Positions 23,850 through 39,089 of a DNA stretch of 64,000 nt are shown in pieces (position 1 is the first letter of the stretch; each line of letters opens with the position of its first letter). The notes beneath the pieces are model-generated. The model was not told the DNA's origin, did no database searches, and was given only the letters and a program-made list of their open reading frames with translations. Made by a program: the position numbers and the translations under genes. The stretch spans positions 79,112,001-79,176,000 of the forward strand of contig NC_042998.1 in assembly GCF_006345805.1 (NCBI RefSeq). The letters run 5' to 3'. Source of the DNA: Octopus sinensis (lineage: Eukaryota).

Positions 23850-24594
23850 CATGTCGATATTACTCTTCTCTTCAATTCCTCAGGAAACATACACATGCAT
23901 AGCCTTTTAGTATGTTGAGTATTTTACGTCCAAGTTTTCTTTGAGGTATTCTTGTCCAGCAGTTTAAAGTTATCTAGGAGATCGTGGGGAAGAGAATATT
24001 TCCTGAGGAGTCCGCTGCCAACACATAGAATGTTGTCTTCGCTTTTCAGCTCTGGGTTTTGTATATTTACTTTGCTGCTGTTGTTTAGCACATTCTTTCT
24101 GAAACATACAACATTCGAAGACTGTCTGCACTAATGTCAAGCCTGTACCTCCTTCATCTCTTATTAGATAGAAACCTGTCAGTTTCACTTTCTGTGAAAG
24201 TTTCCATTTGATGTCGGGATCTTGCGGGTTTTATTGTCAAGGGAGGGAATTTCCTCTGCAGATAAGTCAAATATTCCAAATGTTGGTATCAGCACTGGTA
24301 CTGCAAATGCATTGTGAGAGATTGTCTTGTAAGAGGAGAGTTTCGACTACCATATTTTTCTAAGTTTGGTGTAATATTCCCGATCGCTATTTTTATTCAC
24401 AGCACCTTTATATGAGATGTCTTCATCAATGCCTAAGTAGTTTAGCATTGTGACTGTGTGGTAAGAAGTTTGCTTCCCAACCACATGGTCCGGTCCCATT
24501 GCGTGGCTTCTTGGACAAGTGTCTTCTATAATAGCCTCGGGCCGACAAAACCTTGTTAGCGAGTTTGGTAGACGGAAACTGAAATAAGTCCGCC

Positions 24595-24625
<31 letters not shown>

Positions 24626-25600
24626 CGCACGCGCACGTGTATGTGTCCCACCACCGCTTGACAACCGGTGATGGTGTGTTTACGTCTCCGTAACAGCCGT
24701 TCACCGGTAGAAAATGTACAAGACTTAAAAAGTCCTGGAGTCGATTTGTTCGACTAAAATCCTTCAAGACGGTGCCCCAGCATGGTCGCCGTCAAAATAG
24801 GAAATACAGAGAGACCGTCGGTACACAGCTTCCGGGTAACTGATTTTTCACGTTCAACATTGTAATACGAACATTTCTTCTCGCTAAATTCCATTCTTAA
24901 GTGAGTTGAAAATGTTCCTAATTCCAGCTGGTTTTTAACATTGCAAGCACTTAGCAAAAATCCAGGAAGAAATTGAGGCTTACATTAGTATATCTGACAG
25001 TTGCAGACCTTAGCATATTGCCCCTGGATTTTATAACAGATATAATGGGTTCAGTGCCAAAATAAACAGTATTATAGAAATACTATCTCCTTGGAAAATC
25101 CCCTTTGTAATATTCATAACATTGTAGATGATCGTTTGTTTAGGTCATTGTGAGCCTCTCAATGGCAATAACTAAGGTAGCAGGTAATTTTGCCAAGTGC
25201 ATTGACTTCAACCGCCATGAGTGGGAAATAGAATAGAACTCTTACTTATAATCGTGCAATAATGCCACAAAGATTCTAAGGTGTTTTCTTACTTCAGATA
25301 GGGTAGCTTTGTTTGTCAAAAGTTGTGCTGCAACAACTTCACACTCTCTTCTTTCTGCCTGCCTGTTCATCAGTCACTATATTGCTGGACTCACATTGAT
25401 CCGAAGAGGAACTGGTTGAGACAGGTAGTGTAAAGTTTCTACATAATGTTTAGGTAAACAATGAACCTATAGTTTTCTTCTCATGAACATTTCCTTCACA
25501 GCATCGATGCTGTTTGACACCGCTTGAATTCGCCATTTCTTTCAGTCTATACTCAAGTTTACTGTTCTGTTTGCCTTTCAGTCATCCGTGAAGTTACAAC
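23850..25600 (-). mobile_element. R4/Dong-clade LINE RT region, decayed, interrupted by a SINE
   Basis: MEFSEKKCSYYNVER...YLGIDEDISYKGAVNK..REYYTKLRKIW.SKLSS...HNAFAVPVLIPTFGIFD...FYLIRDEGGTGL, characteristic of the R4/Dong RT-thumb region. Confidence 0.75.
24450..24800 (+). mobile_element. SINE family A, near full length, nested in the R4-like LINE
   Basis: Head, internal (GT)n, body and tail GGTGCCCCAGCATGGTCGC. Confidence 0.85.
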
Positions 25601-26709
25601 CTTTACTTTCTAACCAATGATGTAGTTTGACCTCTTTCTTCTCGTAGTTATAATCTTGTGTTTAAAATCCTGTAATGACTCTTAGTAGCAACAATTGTAT
25701 GTACGATTGTTTACACGCTCTAAACGAATGAAATGTCAGATGATTGTGAATTTGATTTTAAAGTTTCGGTGCATTATGATAAATAGCTCAGATGCTTCAG
25801 AAGTAGGCAATAACGGTAATAAATTCAACTTGGATTCAGATTTCTTTCGAAAGATACGCGCATATACAGAGTAAATAGCAAAAGAAGATATCCGTTGATT
25901 GTTAAATTCTAATCAAAATGGACAAATAATTCATTCTATCAAGATGAATATTTATCATGTTACTTTTTTAGCCTACCATTAGCAAAGTTTTTTCAACCTA
26001 TCCTCATTATAGTGGAGCTTATGTCAGTATATCTATAGAATAGGAAATCGAAAGACTGCCATCCTTTCCTTACATCATCTATCACATCTCCCATCGCAAC
26101 TCAAACCTTACACAGCCATTTACATTAGCCATCTCTGAAGAAATGAAAAAGAAAGTATAAGAAAAAGAGTACGAGCCTGTCAATCTGCGCGCGCATGCGT
26201 GTGTGTGTGTGTGTGTGGTTGTTTTTCTGGCAGATCTAGTCTGATCAACCTAACAACATTTTCTTCATATTAGATGACGTCAATGAACGTCTACTGGTTG
26301 CAGTGTTTCACAAGAGAGCTCGACCTGCTGAAAATAGCTGTTGAATCACTTTCATATCACGGCCAACCGTCTTAAATTAAGAAAAAAAAACATGAATAAA
26401 ATAGTCCTATATATAAACAAAAAAAAAAGCGGTGTGTCACTTCGCTCCCTTTCTCTTCGTACATGTTGGTTCTACCTTTTAACTATAAGGCGGTCAATTG
26501 GTTTGCGTTATTTATTCCAGCTCCTTGTGTTCTAAGTTCAAATCCTAGAGATTAATGTTGACTTTCATTTATGCAGAGTCGATTAATAAAATGCCATTCT
26601 AGGATAGAAGTTCAGTGGAATCATTGAAATGTACTGGCTGCAATGAAGTATTTGCTCCGGCTCTTTGCACTCGAGTTCAAATTCTGCTATTGCCTCTAGA
26701 TAATCCACA

Positions 26710-26900
26710 CTACTATAGACACAAGGTCCGAGATTTTGGGGTAGACGGCTAGTTAATTGCATCAACCTCAATACTTGACTGGTGCTTTATTTTATGGAAC
26801 TCGAAAAGATGAAAGGCAAAGTTGAACGTAGAACCTAATGCCGGAATAAATGCAGCTAAACATGCTTGTCGTGCTAACGATTCTGCCAACTCATCACCTT
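26710..26900 (-). mobile_element. Decayed SINE family B (further fragments at about 26490-26700 on +)
   Basis: Reverse complement similarity to 8701-8870 (AAAGATGAAAGGCAAAGTTGA...GTGCTAACGATTCTGCCAACTC). Confidence 0.75.
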
Positions 26901-27229
26901 AGGCTTCTTTCAATAATAAACTTAATCCATCATCCAGCTTAAAACTACCGGGTTCATTTACAGGAATCTACTCGAATGTAAGTACTCCGGTCCGGTTTGG
27001 GGATTTACGATACCCTCTTCCCTCTCACCTACCAGTCTTGTAGACTCTAAAAATGAGTACAGTCATTCCTCCTAAGTGATATAACATGTTCAAATCTCCT
27101 GATTGTGTTTCTACACGGATCTTTTTCTCTATATCGCTTCATTTGTAATAAAGTAAAGGGTCCTTACTAAAAACTTCAAACATTAAGGCCGGCTCTCGAA
27201 TGTTTTTTCTTAATCTCAGCTTTCCTTTG

Positions 27230-27612
27230 TGATGGATTCTACCATATTCGTCTTGTTAGTGTGGAGGGATCGATTCAATAGGTCCTTGCACCTAACTGAC
27301 ATTTTTTTTATGTCGGCACAAATAGACGTAATATCCCTTAAGAATACTGCAGTCAAGGTCAGTCTGTTTCTTAATACAAAGAAGTCTGAGTACATAACCA
27401 TCAATGAGGGTGAAAGCCAGCCATATGCTAATTTATTCCAATCAAGAAAATCCGTGACTTCAAATGCCTTGTTTCTGACCATAACATAATTTCCCTACAC
27501 GCCAGGGACTAGCCTGGAGTATTGTAGCAAATTTCAATGTAAATGGCAATCAAATATCTCACAAATGAACAAAGCTGGCCTTCTTCGAGGCATGTGCAGA
27601 GACGTTTTACTT
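27230..27612 (+). mobile_element. RTE/RTE-X LINE RT relic
   Basis: LKNTAVKVSLFLNTKKSEYITIN...QGLAW...WQSNISQ..KLAFFEACAE matches the RTE pattern AxKVGLxLNxKKTEYM...GxAW...IWKS. Confidence 0.6.
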
Positions 27613-28641
27613 GACGTTTCAGTACTTGTTTTGCATTTATGAGTGTGGTTTGTAGATTTTTGCTTTCTTCAAGAATGGATTATTGTATGAAATTCTCTTG
27701 AAGTCAGTTTCTTAATTACTGAATCAACTGGTGCTCTTCTCCCATCACTGAAGAGGTGTTAATTCTATTTTGTTCCAATCTTGTCTCCAAAGTTTAACTC
27801 CATTTCAATATTGACTTTAGATCTTCGGTTTATCATGAAATTTCCGATGCCTCAGTTGATTTGCGTTTTTTTTGTGCATTGGAGTTCGTTTTGATCGTTC
27901 TATTTCCTTTCTGAATTTCTCCAAAATATTCTTCTCTAGGTTTTCTATGTTGTTCAGATTGATTAAGACTAAGTTAAGACTAGGTTTAATTTGTAATTTC
28001 TTGGGAAGAATAATCGGTTTTGTGTAAATCAAATGTTCATGTTTCGCCTTTTACATGTTCGAAAAGGGGAACTTGAGAGTTGTGACGTTTTGGTTAAATT
28101 GAATATATTGCAAATAGGTGTTGTTATTTTATTTTGCTTTCGAGTTTTGTTCCTGATTCCATAACGTTATATTCTCTATGGTTTTACATGATTGTTTTAG
28201 TGCTTGATTAACCACAGCTTGTTGACTTCAGTCTTCTCCCTCGTTGATTTTTTTCGGTTTAGTTCTGTATTTAATAACCTTTTTTTCTGTTAGAAGTGTG
28301 AATTTAGAGGAGACTCTTGTTTGTTACTTTAAACTTGTTTTCTCGTTATATTAACGTTTCGATCAGATTCGGGAGGCGTTTTCGTTCCGAACGTGATAAA
28401 TATGTACAGGAAAATAACTTTACTTACACGACTAGAAGTAGAAAGAAAACACGAATTGAAAATAAGCTTGGAGGCTTTAAGAAAATTTATTTACGCTTAC
28501 TTAACAGGCTTCATCATTTCATGGTTTTCAAAAGTAGCGTGAGAGGGAAAGTCCTGTGCTGTATTTGTCCATGACTAAATTTTTGCGAGTGTGTAGCACA
28601 GGAAGTTCGTGTGTGTGTGTGTGTGTGTGTGTGTGAGTGTG

Positions 28642-28696
<55 letters not shown>

Positions 28697-31600
28697 AAGG
28701 AAAATAATCCATCAAATATACCGGATGTGTAATGGAGAACATTGTAATATGAACTTCGAAACTAAAACAAATGCACCTATATTACAGAGATTCGTATAGT
28801 TTTGAACACTCAGTACATCTGAATAGACCATGTCTTAGAAGGTTTAGGAATATTTATTAACATTCATATGTAAATTAATTATAAACTAATTATAAAAATA
28901 GAAAGAGCGAGTCAACAGACATAAGAATGCTGTTGATATGTAAAACAGTATTAGAAGATAATAGGCGAAAAACAGAAACCTTGAAAGCTACATTAATCGA
29001 TTATTATATAAAGAAAAAGCAATTACGGGAGTTTGTTTTCCGTAATCGATGTAGGATGTAATATATCTACTATCACTGGTCGTGATATATCAATAAAAAG
29101 AAAGGATGATACACCAATATAAATTGTATCATCTTTTATAAAAGATGATACTTCAATAAAAAGAATTCAAAAAACGCTGATGTACAGTGATAGATAGTAC
29201 AATAATACACATAGGGAATCTACGTAAAATTTTATTCTGGTTCATTGTGAAACAGAATACTCTTCTGTACCTAAGAACGAATGGAAAATTAAGAACGTAC
29301 TACTTTTGATCAGATGTCTGTTCGACCAGGGATGACATGGAGTTAATGACAATTTTAACCACATTCGACAAGTTCTAGCACCACTGATTACAACCCTGGA
29401 TGCTGAAGGGAGTAGTTAAAGATCAGTGGGGCCAAGGTAATCGTTGAATTCAATAGAAATGGATATCAAGCAGTATGGCAATTAAGCGATAAGAATCTTC
29501 TCCAAGGTGTAAACCTTTGGTATTTCCAAGGTATTTGTTGTTAGAGGAATGTATGAGGGGTTACTTTCATCTCCAAAAGATAGGGTACTTATAGTTAGAT
29601 CTAGCTCCAAGATGTCAAGAACTTTGTCTAAATCATTTGATCTGCATGCCATTAGCTATGTCATTATGATCTAGCTTAATAGAAATCTCTTGCGTGCAAT
29701 ATTAATTATCTTTCTCCCTTAAAACCATTTACTGAAAATACATCTAGAATTAATCCCTTGAAATTCAGTAATAGCATCAATTAGGCGCATTTTGCATTCC
29801 TTGCTAAGAAAAACAAAACGAAAAGATCACTAAGAGTAGGCTAAACAAGTTTCGAAATATTTTTACTACCCACATTGCACTAAATACAAACTCTGCATGA
29901 CATAGTGCAGCCAATGACTGCAGCTCTGGTTGAAATGTGTCCTGAAACTATTGTTCATTTATAAAAGTTGACACTCATACAGTATACGGACAATAATGGA
30001 AAAAAAAAAGTCGACAACAATAACAACAACAATTAACAAGTTACTTCCCGATCCGCGTCCTTTCATTTTCTACATATATAACTGTTATACGTTTCAGTCA
30101 TACCAACATTTAAACTAGATGTCAAGGCATATTTAATTACAAGAATGTAAATTATTAGAAGGCATATAGGATTACACTACTGTATATCTGCTGAAGATGA
30201 AATATATTAAATAGTTTTTGGTCTTTTTTGGTAACCTGATAAATTAGATTCCATATTTCAAATACCTATTCTCATTACATAAGAGAGAGAGTAGATAGAT
30301 GTATAACCCCAGGTCAGCTATGAAAGCGCAGATTTATGGCTCGAACGATAATTGCAATCTACAGACTAATTGTACCTGATATGTCAAGTATCCGTATAGC
30401 TCATTCCGACATGTAATGGATATTTGTATGGAATGTAGTCAAGCAGTTGGTTCATTATGTCACATAGCAGTCTAAAGAAAACTGGCCGTGTGCAGCTAAG
30501 CCTTGTATTTGTGACTTATGAGGTAACTGATGCCGCTGCTATTTCTAAACGGTTTTCTTTTTCCGTGTTTGTCTAGAGCGGTTATTACAGTTTTTAAGAT
30601 CGTGTTTTAGTAGTATTCTGTGGTTATAAAGGTATTGTTTCTGTGATGGTTTGAATTTACTGTGACAGTAAACTGTGCTTTCCGCATGTCCAAGGCATTA
30701 TTATTTATCACATTATTGTATATCCCCGGTTCAAAAAGTGTTGTGATATACATCTAGTCAGTTTAACACCAAGGCATTACCCACGGATTGATTTATTCTC
30801 CAGTTTCATGAGGCCTCGATCTACCTGAAGGCCATGCCATATTGCACACTCTAATATAATGTGAGGAATCATACGGAGGCTCAATTTGATAGTCTGGATG
30901 TCAATTTCTCTACACTTATAAACTTTGGTCAGTGGAAATGGGCAAAATGAACTCACCTAGAACACGACAGTTGATGTTCCTTTGCACTTATCTTTAGTGG
31001 CATGCATTCCTGCACGAATTAAGTATAAAACCCATGAATACCCTACGGGCTTTCGAACGTTATTCATCTTTGCTATTCTAAAACAAAGATGCCCCACCAA
31101 ATACTGGAGTTTCATATTTGCTTCTATGACATATCCAACAAGGTATTTTGTTTTTCTCTCCTAAGCATTCGATTTAGTGCACTTAGCTCAACGATAAGGG
31201 CACATACGTTCCTACATATGACACTAGTTTATTAAAAGAAGCCTTTTTCCTGCTGGAGAACTTCATTACCAGACAGCGAACAACTCAATTCCACAACGTA
31301 GCTGTTGCCTACAGGGATACGTTTTACTTCTCTTCGTGCATCCAGATAAGTGAACTTGACCATCGTTGATAATGCTTTTTTTTTTGTCACAGACACACGT
31401 AACGGAAGCGAGATGATAAGCATTGCGAAAATTTACGTTGTCAATAGTGGTTCTTTATCGAATCGGCTAACTGCAATTCCATAGCAGAAAATCGGGTATC
31501 AATAATCCAACAAAAAATCCTGACTTACTAATGAGCTTTGAAATATTTTTTTTAACTATGCTAATGAAATCTTTGATGTTTCGTTAGTGATTTTCCTCGT

Positions 31601-32309
31601 GAGTCAATAACGACAACTTTCTCATCGTATTTCACTATTTTCTTTTTCTTTGCATCATTCCAAATAATTATTTTACCTACCCTGTGTTGTCCATTAATAT
31701 CTACCGCATTAATTATATATACATGGATTTTTTCTGCAAGTTTTCCTATCTGTTTCAACCATGCAAATCAAATTTTTACCATGCTAATGGTTATTTTTAT
31801 CATGTTACCATGCTAAAAATTTCTTTCCCTTTTTATATTGTAAATTATTTTTCTTCTGTGATATGTCAATATGACATTGACGATGTCAAAATTTAGTTAT
31901 TGTCGCGTCACTGAAAACTAGTTCTTGTGATTCTTTTGCACTATACACTTACCAATAATATGTTTTTGTATAAGTCAGAGAGGTGCTAACGATACTGATG
32001 CAACTAACGTTGTTTAAGTATTTAAAAATAAATGCCTGCCAGAAATATGTGAACGAGGTGATGCTTAGTATTGAAAAGTGAAGTGCGAATATAGCACAGA
32101 GTTGAAGAGAAGAGGAAAAGATTGATTAGTGTGTTGAGGGTGGTGTGGGGATTTAAAAAGAGTGCATGCAGCCATCGAGTTCGAGGTCGATGGAAGCCGT
32201 TGTAGCAGTGGGATCAAAAGCGGCGCGCGTGGAATGTTGTGGATGAAACACGTTGCTGAGATTTTGCTAAACAGTCGAATAGCTGATTTTGTGGGGATAC
32301 AGTCTACAC

Positions 32310-32690
32310 AGGCGTGGCTGCATGGTAAGAAGTTTACTTCCAAACCACCTGGTTCCGAATTCACTTCCAATTCATGGCACTTTAGGCAAGTGCTTTCTTG
32401 CTAAAGCCTTGTGAGTGGATTTAGTGACGGACGCGCGCGTGCATGTGTGTGTATGGATGTATGTATGTACGTATATCTGTTTTTATCTCCCCCCACTTAC
32501 CGCTTGATATCTGAAGTTCATGCGGTTATGCCCCTGTAACTTAGCTGTTCGGCAAACAAAACCGATGGAATAAGGAACGAGCTTAAAAAAGGAAATAAGT
32601 GCTGGTGTTGATTAGTTCGACTAAAATTCCTCAGGGCGGTGCCCCAGCATGGCCCCAGTCTAATGATAAAGAAAATAAAAGATAAAGATT
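32310..32690 (+). mobile_element. SINE family A, decayed full length
   Basis: GGCGTGGCTGCATGGTAAGAAG head through tail GGCGGTGCCCCAGCATGGCC..(ATAAAG)n. Confidence 0.85.
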
Positions 32691-35600
32691 GACGCAGGAC
32701 CACTCGATATATGAAATGATGCACCACTTTAATGTGGGCCTCATTAATCGGGACTGCTTCAGTGACTTCCTTTTACTGAAAGTTTGTTCTCATTGCATTC
32801 GAGAGGAGTCAGTCTTGACAGTTGGAAAGCAATTTATAATTTCGATTTTCACATCTTTATGCTTCTTCGAGAGGACTGCTAACCGTATCAGTATGGTATC
32901 AAAAATAGATGGATTAGAGTTTCACCTCCCTGTTCAAGGCTTCTAACTCTCGACGCCCAAATTTACAAAGCAGGAAATCGCTGTATAACCAGAAGATTTC
33001 TAACCAAGTAGTCATATGATCAAATGAATTCCTGTAGACATCAACTAAGGCTTTTCCTCAACCAATGATGTATGACATTTTCTGTCTTTCCTTTAAGTGC
33101 CCACGACTTTGAGGGTCAATGGTTGCTATTTCAAGCAGGTCAATCGACCGCATAGTCGATATTAAGTGTGTGTAAAAATCAATGGCTGGTAGATAATTTC
33201 TTGCTGTAAACAGCGGCAAAGCTCTCGAATTGACGACTACTTTGAAAATCTATTGAGGCAAATCTGCTTCTTATCCAGACGAATATTTATCACTCAACTG
33301 CTTAACACTGAGGAAACTGAAGAGATAACGAGGAAATAAAAAAAATGACAGTCAAATCACACTCGAGTGTCTTAGAAAGAGAAAGGCACCAGGTTGTGTA
33401 ATCCTAAAAAAATTCTAAGGAAATGTGATGGTTATGGCTAGAGTGACTTAAAGCAGAAGAATACCAACAGCGACTTTGGAAACCAAGCATAAGCATCGGT
33501 TCCATTTATCACAGTGATTCAGAAAACATTTTAAACTTTTTTTTTTATCATAAATTGCCTTTTCGTACTAAATTAACTATATACTGTAAATATATGAATG
33601 TATATTTTGCCATTGATTGCAAATGATTTTTTTAGACCTGCTTTGTTAATTTCTACACTGTTTTGTTAATGATTTACTATTGATTTATTTTTCTTTACCA
33701 CACTATTCATTTTAAAACAAATGCCAGACATACCTTAAGGAATTTGATATCAGACTAAGGATCATGCAGTCTTCCGATTTAAACATTAATGCTAAAAGTA
33801 TCAACAGCCCTAAATCTCACATAGTTATCATAGGTTAAAATGTATTCCCTTCAAATAACTTTCAGTATCCAGATGTTTCTCATTTTGTAGTGTACTTCTG
33901 GAATGTTCAAGCAAAGCTACCACACGTCTTGTCTGCGACAGACGATGTGTAGGATTGCTTTGCTGAATTATTGTGTGGCGTGCGGCGAATAACAAAAGAT
34001 ACCATTCGGGAATGGTGCACAGCAGAAATCGACACAACATCGATAGCCGTTATTAAAAATAGTCTCCAACAAAATATGGCAAATAATTAACATCTGGAAC
34101 AAAGTAATCTCGAGAAAGAAATCAATACAAGAGTGATGCATTATGTTTACAAAGAAGATTAGATTGCAACTTCCTGTAATTTGGGTGGTAGACCTAACCC
34201 GTCACCCAGTTTAATACCATTTGTCTGATACGTTCCTGTAGCGGAGTTACCCTTTTACAATAATTTATCCTATAAACTCAGTAAGTCGTTGAAGTGGGTG
34301 ATGCCTCGCTAAAGACACTCATAAAGCAAGTGGTTATGCATTTTACTTTTTGTATTTTTTAAAAATCAATATTAATTTTTTTTTCTTTATTCTAATATTT
34401 CCTTTGTAGTTATTGATAGGATTTCTTTTTTCTCCATTATATGACCTTTTGTCCTGTTCCAAGTGCCGCTCATATCCGGAATATTTATCCCAGATAAATT
34501 CAGCGTTTAGCTTCATGATCAACGAAGAATTGGAAACTTGGAGTAACAGTAGAAAGTAATCTCATCACTTATAAAAAAATTATTGCTCTATAGTATTATA
34601 TACTTCTTCCATGCATTTGCGTGTGAGATATACATAATTCTTCCCGTGTGTGTATGTATATATATAAAGGGTGAATAAAATCGGAAAAAGAAAGACATCA
34701 ATAAAAATAAAACCACTAAGTTTGCAAACCACGTATGGAGTCTGAAGACCAGCGACATACCGCGTGCAATCAGGTAGAGAATTGTAGAGATATTTATGCC
34801 TTATGTAAATGGAAAAAAAAGCGATGCAAATTATACATAGTTGAAAGAATTTTACTACACTACTTTATTCCAGATCTGAAATTTTCAGCAAATGCAAGCA
34901 CATGGACAAACTTCTTTCGTTGAACTTGAGAACAACACCCTCTCCGGATAGAGAAGGTATCCCATAGGCTTTTCTATATCTCATCGTTAAATTATTCAAC
35001 ATCAACTAGATTAATTATGTCTTGCGGTCAAGGGGCACATAACTCTCAATTTTCTTCTTTTTTCCGTTTTATTCACCCTTTGTCTTCTCATACCACGTTT
35101 TGTACGAACCTTTTTCATGTACTGGCGTCCTGGTTTTCAAATGCAACTAATTATGTGTCTCGAGCTCGAAGATTGCTTGGAGATATAAGGCACGCTATAT
35201 AAAGCTGCCTGATCAGTGTTTACGGCAAGAAACTATTAGTAGATCCTTTCAAATACTTTGTAAGTTAAATACCTATACATACACACATACACTTCCACAT
35301 GTGTGCATATTACACACACGCAAACACACAAGAAAGAATTTAGCATAGATTTCGTCTCCCAAATTCTATTCACAAGATGAGTAGATATGAGAAGTCACTT
35401 GCCCAAATCACTGCGCAGCCGTATTGATGTCAGAATTCTGTGATTGGAGAAGCAAACTTCTTAACCATGCAGCCAATGATAATATAGGTCTCAAATACAA
35501 TAATTTATATATAATTATGAAAAGGCGACAGGAAAAGCAAAATGAAATTACCGTAGACATTCTTCGGGGTTTTGATGACAAGTAGGCAGGTGAAAGCAGC

Positions 35601-38344
35601 AGAGTTTTACATCGTCTACGTTTGAGTGGGGGGAAACGTGAACTTGCATAGGTAGAGAGGAAGTAGTGGGGGAAAGAGAGCCCGAGAAAGATTGTGTATG
35701 CATAATATATGACAGACATATACGCCTAAATAGCAGACAAGCTACCACGTGTTTAGAGAGTTACAAACCGAGATATTGTCAGAAAATTGGCATAGATTGT
35801 CATAAACTGAAAGGTATCGCAATGATATTATGAACTTTTTTTTTTACCCCGTTACTTGGTTTATGAAAGCTAACCAACCAGACATGTTTACATTACAAAT
35901 GATGTTATGGTGTTTTCATATTTTCTATCATTTATTTTTTTTCTCTTCGCTATTGTAGATTTGAAATAGTTATTTTCATTTTCGGTAATCTTTCACTTCG
36001 GAATAAAATTAACTCAGAATTTCAAATACCGTATTTACCTCGTTAGTTGTTCGCATGCACGCGCGTACACACACACACACACCACACACATAAAGGGGAG
36101 GGGGTTGTTAAATGTTTTATTTATCGTAAGTTTTGAGATTCGATCTCACTGCGTGGTACCTCGAGTAAGTAAGTGTTCTTTAATATAGCTTTTGGTTGAC
36201 TCAAACACTTTTTTTGTTAAACTGGGTAGACAGAAATTGCATGTAAGCCCGTCTGATGGACTATACTTAATTCTACTTCAGAAATACATGAAGAGCACAC
36301 GTGTCTATAGGATTCTCAGCTACTTACATTTTAATTTCAGTTCAAGTAGGCAGTTTAGCAGATCGATCAACGGAATGCTCATCGTTGAAACCAAAGGAGG
36401 TTTCCTCATGTTGTATATGTGTGTGTTCAGGTATTCAGAGACAGACTGAGAGAGAACTAGGGAGGGGGGATAGAAGTGATGATGATGATGATGATGACGA
36501 CGAAGATAGATAGACAGACAGACACATATCGAATGGCTGAGTAATTTGATCGGTAGTCATATGGTTGGTTATTCCTTCAACTTTACCGTAACATCTCTCA
36601 CTACCGAAAACCAGTAGCCCGGCCGACTGACACTCCTGTCGCTGTTAAAATGAAACTAATCTTCTCCGTTGCCTTGATCTCGCCGTCCTCAGCTACTCTT
36701 CCTTGTTAATTGAACGTTCACGCCGGTAAATGACACAGAGTGATGGCAATCATGGAATTCAGCTGCACCTTCCAACTTTCTGTTCTTATATTTTTATTGT
36801 CTCATTAGATAATCACGATTGTTCGTATGTGTTTTCCTTTTATTTGTTTTGGGGTTGCATTTTATACTCGTCTTTTACGCTTTGTGTCTTGTTCTTTTAT
36901 ATTGTCTTGCAATAATTGATGTTAAAGCAGCCGCCTTTTTAAAAGAAAAAAATTTTCTTTGCTAATTTCAGGTAACTATTCTGTCTGTGCCTTTGTGTAT
37001 CAAACGGACTTTTGACATATGCGATCTAATGTATATGTGAATGTTTTGTGTCAATGTATGCGTTGTATATGCATGTTGTAGTATTTGTGTGCACCTAACG
37101 AATTTTGAACGAAGTGTATGCGAGTTAGTTCTGTGCAATTAAAAGTTTCACTATGATATGATCTAACATGTGTACGGCAGAGTGTGTGCGTGTGTGTGTA
37201 TGTGTGTGTGTGCGTGCGACAGAGAGAGGGAAAGAGAAAGTGTTTGTACGTGCATACATCTTACGAAGTTTTGACAACTGCGTTCTAAAAAATCTACATG
37301 GGTTGCGTTTGTGTTTTCGCACTTAAGTTTTTGACTGGCGTGTAATCTAAAACACACATGTGCATGTAAGAGTGTGTGTGTGTGTGTGTGTGTGTGCGTC
37401 GGACAGGAAGAGAGAGTATGTCCTAAAGTTTTTCCACAACAAACCCAAAGACGAACAAAGAGTGTAGTATAATTTTAAAAATAAGTTGTTTCTCATGAAA
37501 TAAACGACAATTTCACATATAAAAATATCTTGATTTTATTATATCCATTTTGAACTTGCATGCTGTCTTCACTTTTTAATGTTGGCAAAGTACAGAATGT
37601 TAAAGTACATAACGCACACGCGTTTGTGTTGATGAGTGTAAAGCTTTCAATTAGAGAAATAAGAACTCAGTATTTCAGGAAGCAATATGTAGAATATTAT
37701 CACATTGATAAGTTTACTGAGTTAACCCTGCTCCCTAATATACACATCCTTCAAAAGAAGGATGCATGCAGTGCACGTGCGTGTGTGGCGAAACTTGGGC
37801 CCGAGGACATAGAATCGCAAAACCAGTAATAAACCCATTCAATAAGTCGTGATGCTTTATTAACACAGATACATTCACGTTACCTATCTATAGCGAAGAC
37901 TATACATCTTGTGATAAAATGAGAAAATCTGGTGTTATTAAAGTAGAGAGCTGCTTGTTCTTTAAGGAACCAATTGAGCTTGTGATTGTTATCATCGTTT
38001 ATACTCCAGAAATATTTTTATTGTGAGGATGTTGTGGTGTGTGTCCGAGTATCTGAATGTATCTGAATCTTGTGAGAATCGTCCTAGAGATTTTCAGTAA
38101 GCTTTCTATAACATTTTATTTCACTGTTATTTGCTAGGAGTTACTTGGTTCGCTAAACTAATGCTTTCAACAAATACATGCCATCCAGAATGCAGATATT
38201 AAAATTGTTTGAGGCTATGAAGAACGGGAAAATTCTGTTCCTGTGTCACCGCCTCTTGTTCTCTCTCTGTTCAAGCCATGGACATCCAGGCACTATCACC
38301 GTCGTTTCTCCAAACACAAGTCTTCTCTTGACAGTTATTGTAAC

Positions 38345-38840
38345 AAGTTGACGTTTGAAATAATTAGGATATGGAAAATGAAGGAAACAATCATTCCACT
38401 AATCGTAAGAGCATTAGCAGCAGAGAAGGACATCCTTGCCAAATAGATAGAGAAAACCTAAGCAGATTGTATGATAGAGCTATTGCAAAGAATTTGCTTA
38501 TCGAGAACAGCTAAAATATTGGTTTCAAATTTTGTCATAAGGCCAGGAATTTGGGAGCATGGTGTAATCGATTATATCGACCCCAGTGCTTAACTGGTGC
38601 TTATTTTATCGACCTCGAGAGGATGGAAGGCAAAGTGGACCTCGGCAAAATTTGAACACAGAACGTAAAGACGGACAAAATGCCGCTAAGCATACTTCCA
38701 CGCGTGCTAATGATTCTGCCAGCTAAAACATTACGAAGGGCATTCGATGATTAGATTGATTATAAAGAATGGGAAAGGAAAGGAGCATGCTGCTTGATAT
38801 CTAAGGTGACTGGTTGTAGCCTGCTACCGAGACCGAAAAG
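38345..38840 (+). mobile_element. R4/Dong-like LINE 3' end, split by a SINE
   Basis: KLTFEIIRIWKMKETIIPLIVRALAA...IELLQRICLSRTAKIL | LRRAFDD; the reading resumes after the SINE. Confidence 0.7.
38521..38719 (-). mobile_element. SINE family B (tail 2) with a 13-bp TSD
   Basis: Flanked by CAGCTAAAATATT (38508-38520) and CAGCTAAAACATT (38720-38732). Confidence 0.85.
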
Positions 38841-38879
38841 TAACGGGGTCATAAGAACCATATTGAGAGAAAAAAGAAG

Positions 38880-39045
38880 AATTGTTTGAAATTTTGGCTC
38901 ACGGTCAGAGCGGAGTAGTCGATGATATCGACCCCGAAAAGAGGAAAGGCAAAGTCGACCTCGGCAGAATTTCAACTCAGAATATAAAGAGACAGAAGAA
39001 ATGTCGCTAAGCATTTTATCCGATGCACTTACGATTCTGTCCCTC
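38880..39045 (-). mobile_element. SINE family B, internally deleted
   Basis: GGAAAGGCAAAGTCGACCTCGGCAGAATTTCAACTCAGAA on the + strand. Confidence 0.8.
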
Positions 39046-39089
39046 ACATTCAGAATATTCTTTTATTCTTTCAGTTGTCTCAGGGTTAG

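Noticed and set aside
27620-28320. Lys/Asn-rich minus-strand ORF fragments, possibly a LINE ORF1
   Set aside because: No diagnostic motif was recognised.
29400-29810. Possible minus-strand RTE RT remnant
   Set aside because: The motifs are too decayed to support a call.
36585-36980. CpG-richer stretch with GT-donor-like sites, possibly a first exon or promoter
   Set aside because: No ORF or core promoter pattern can be supported from sequence alone.
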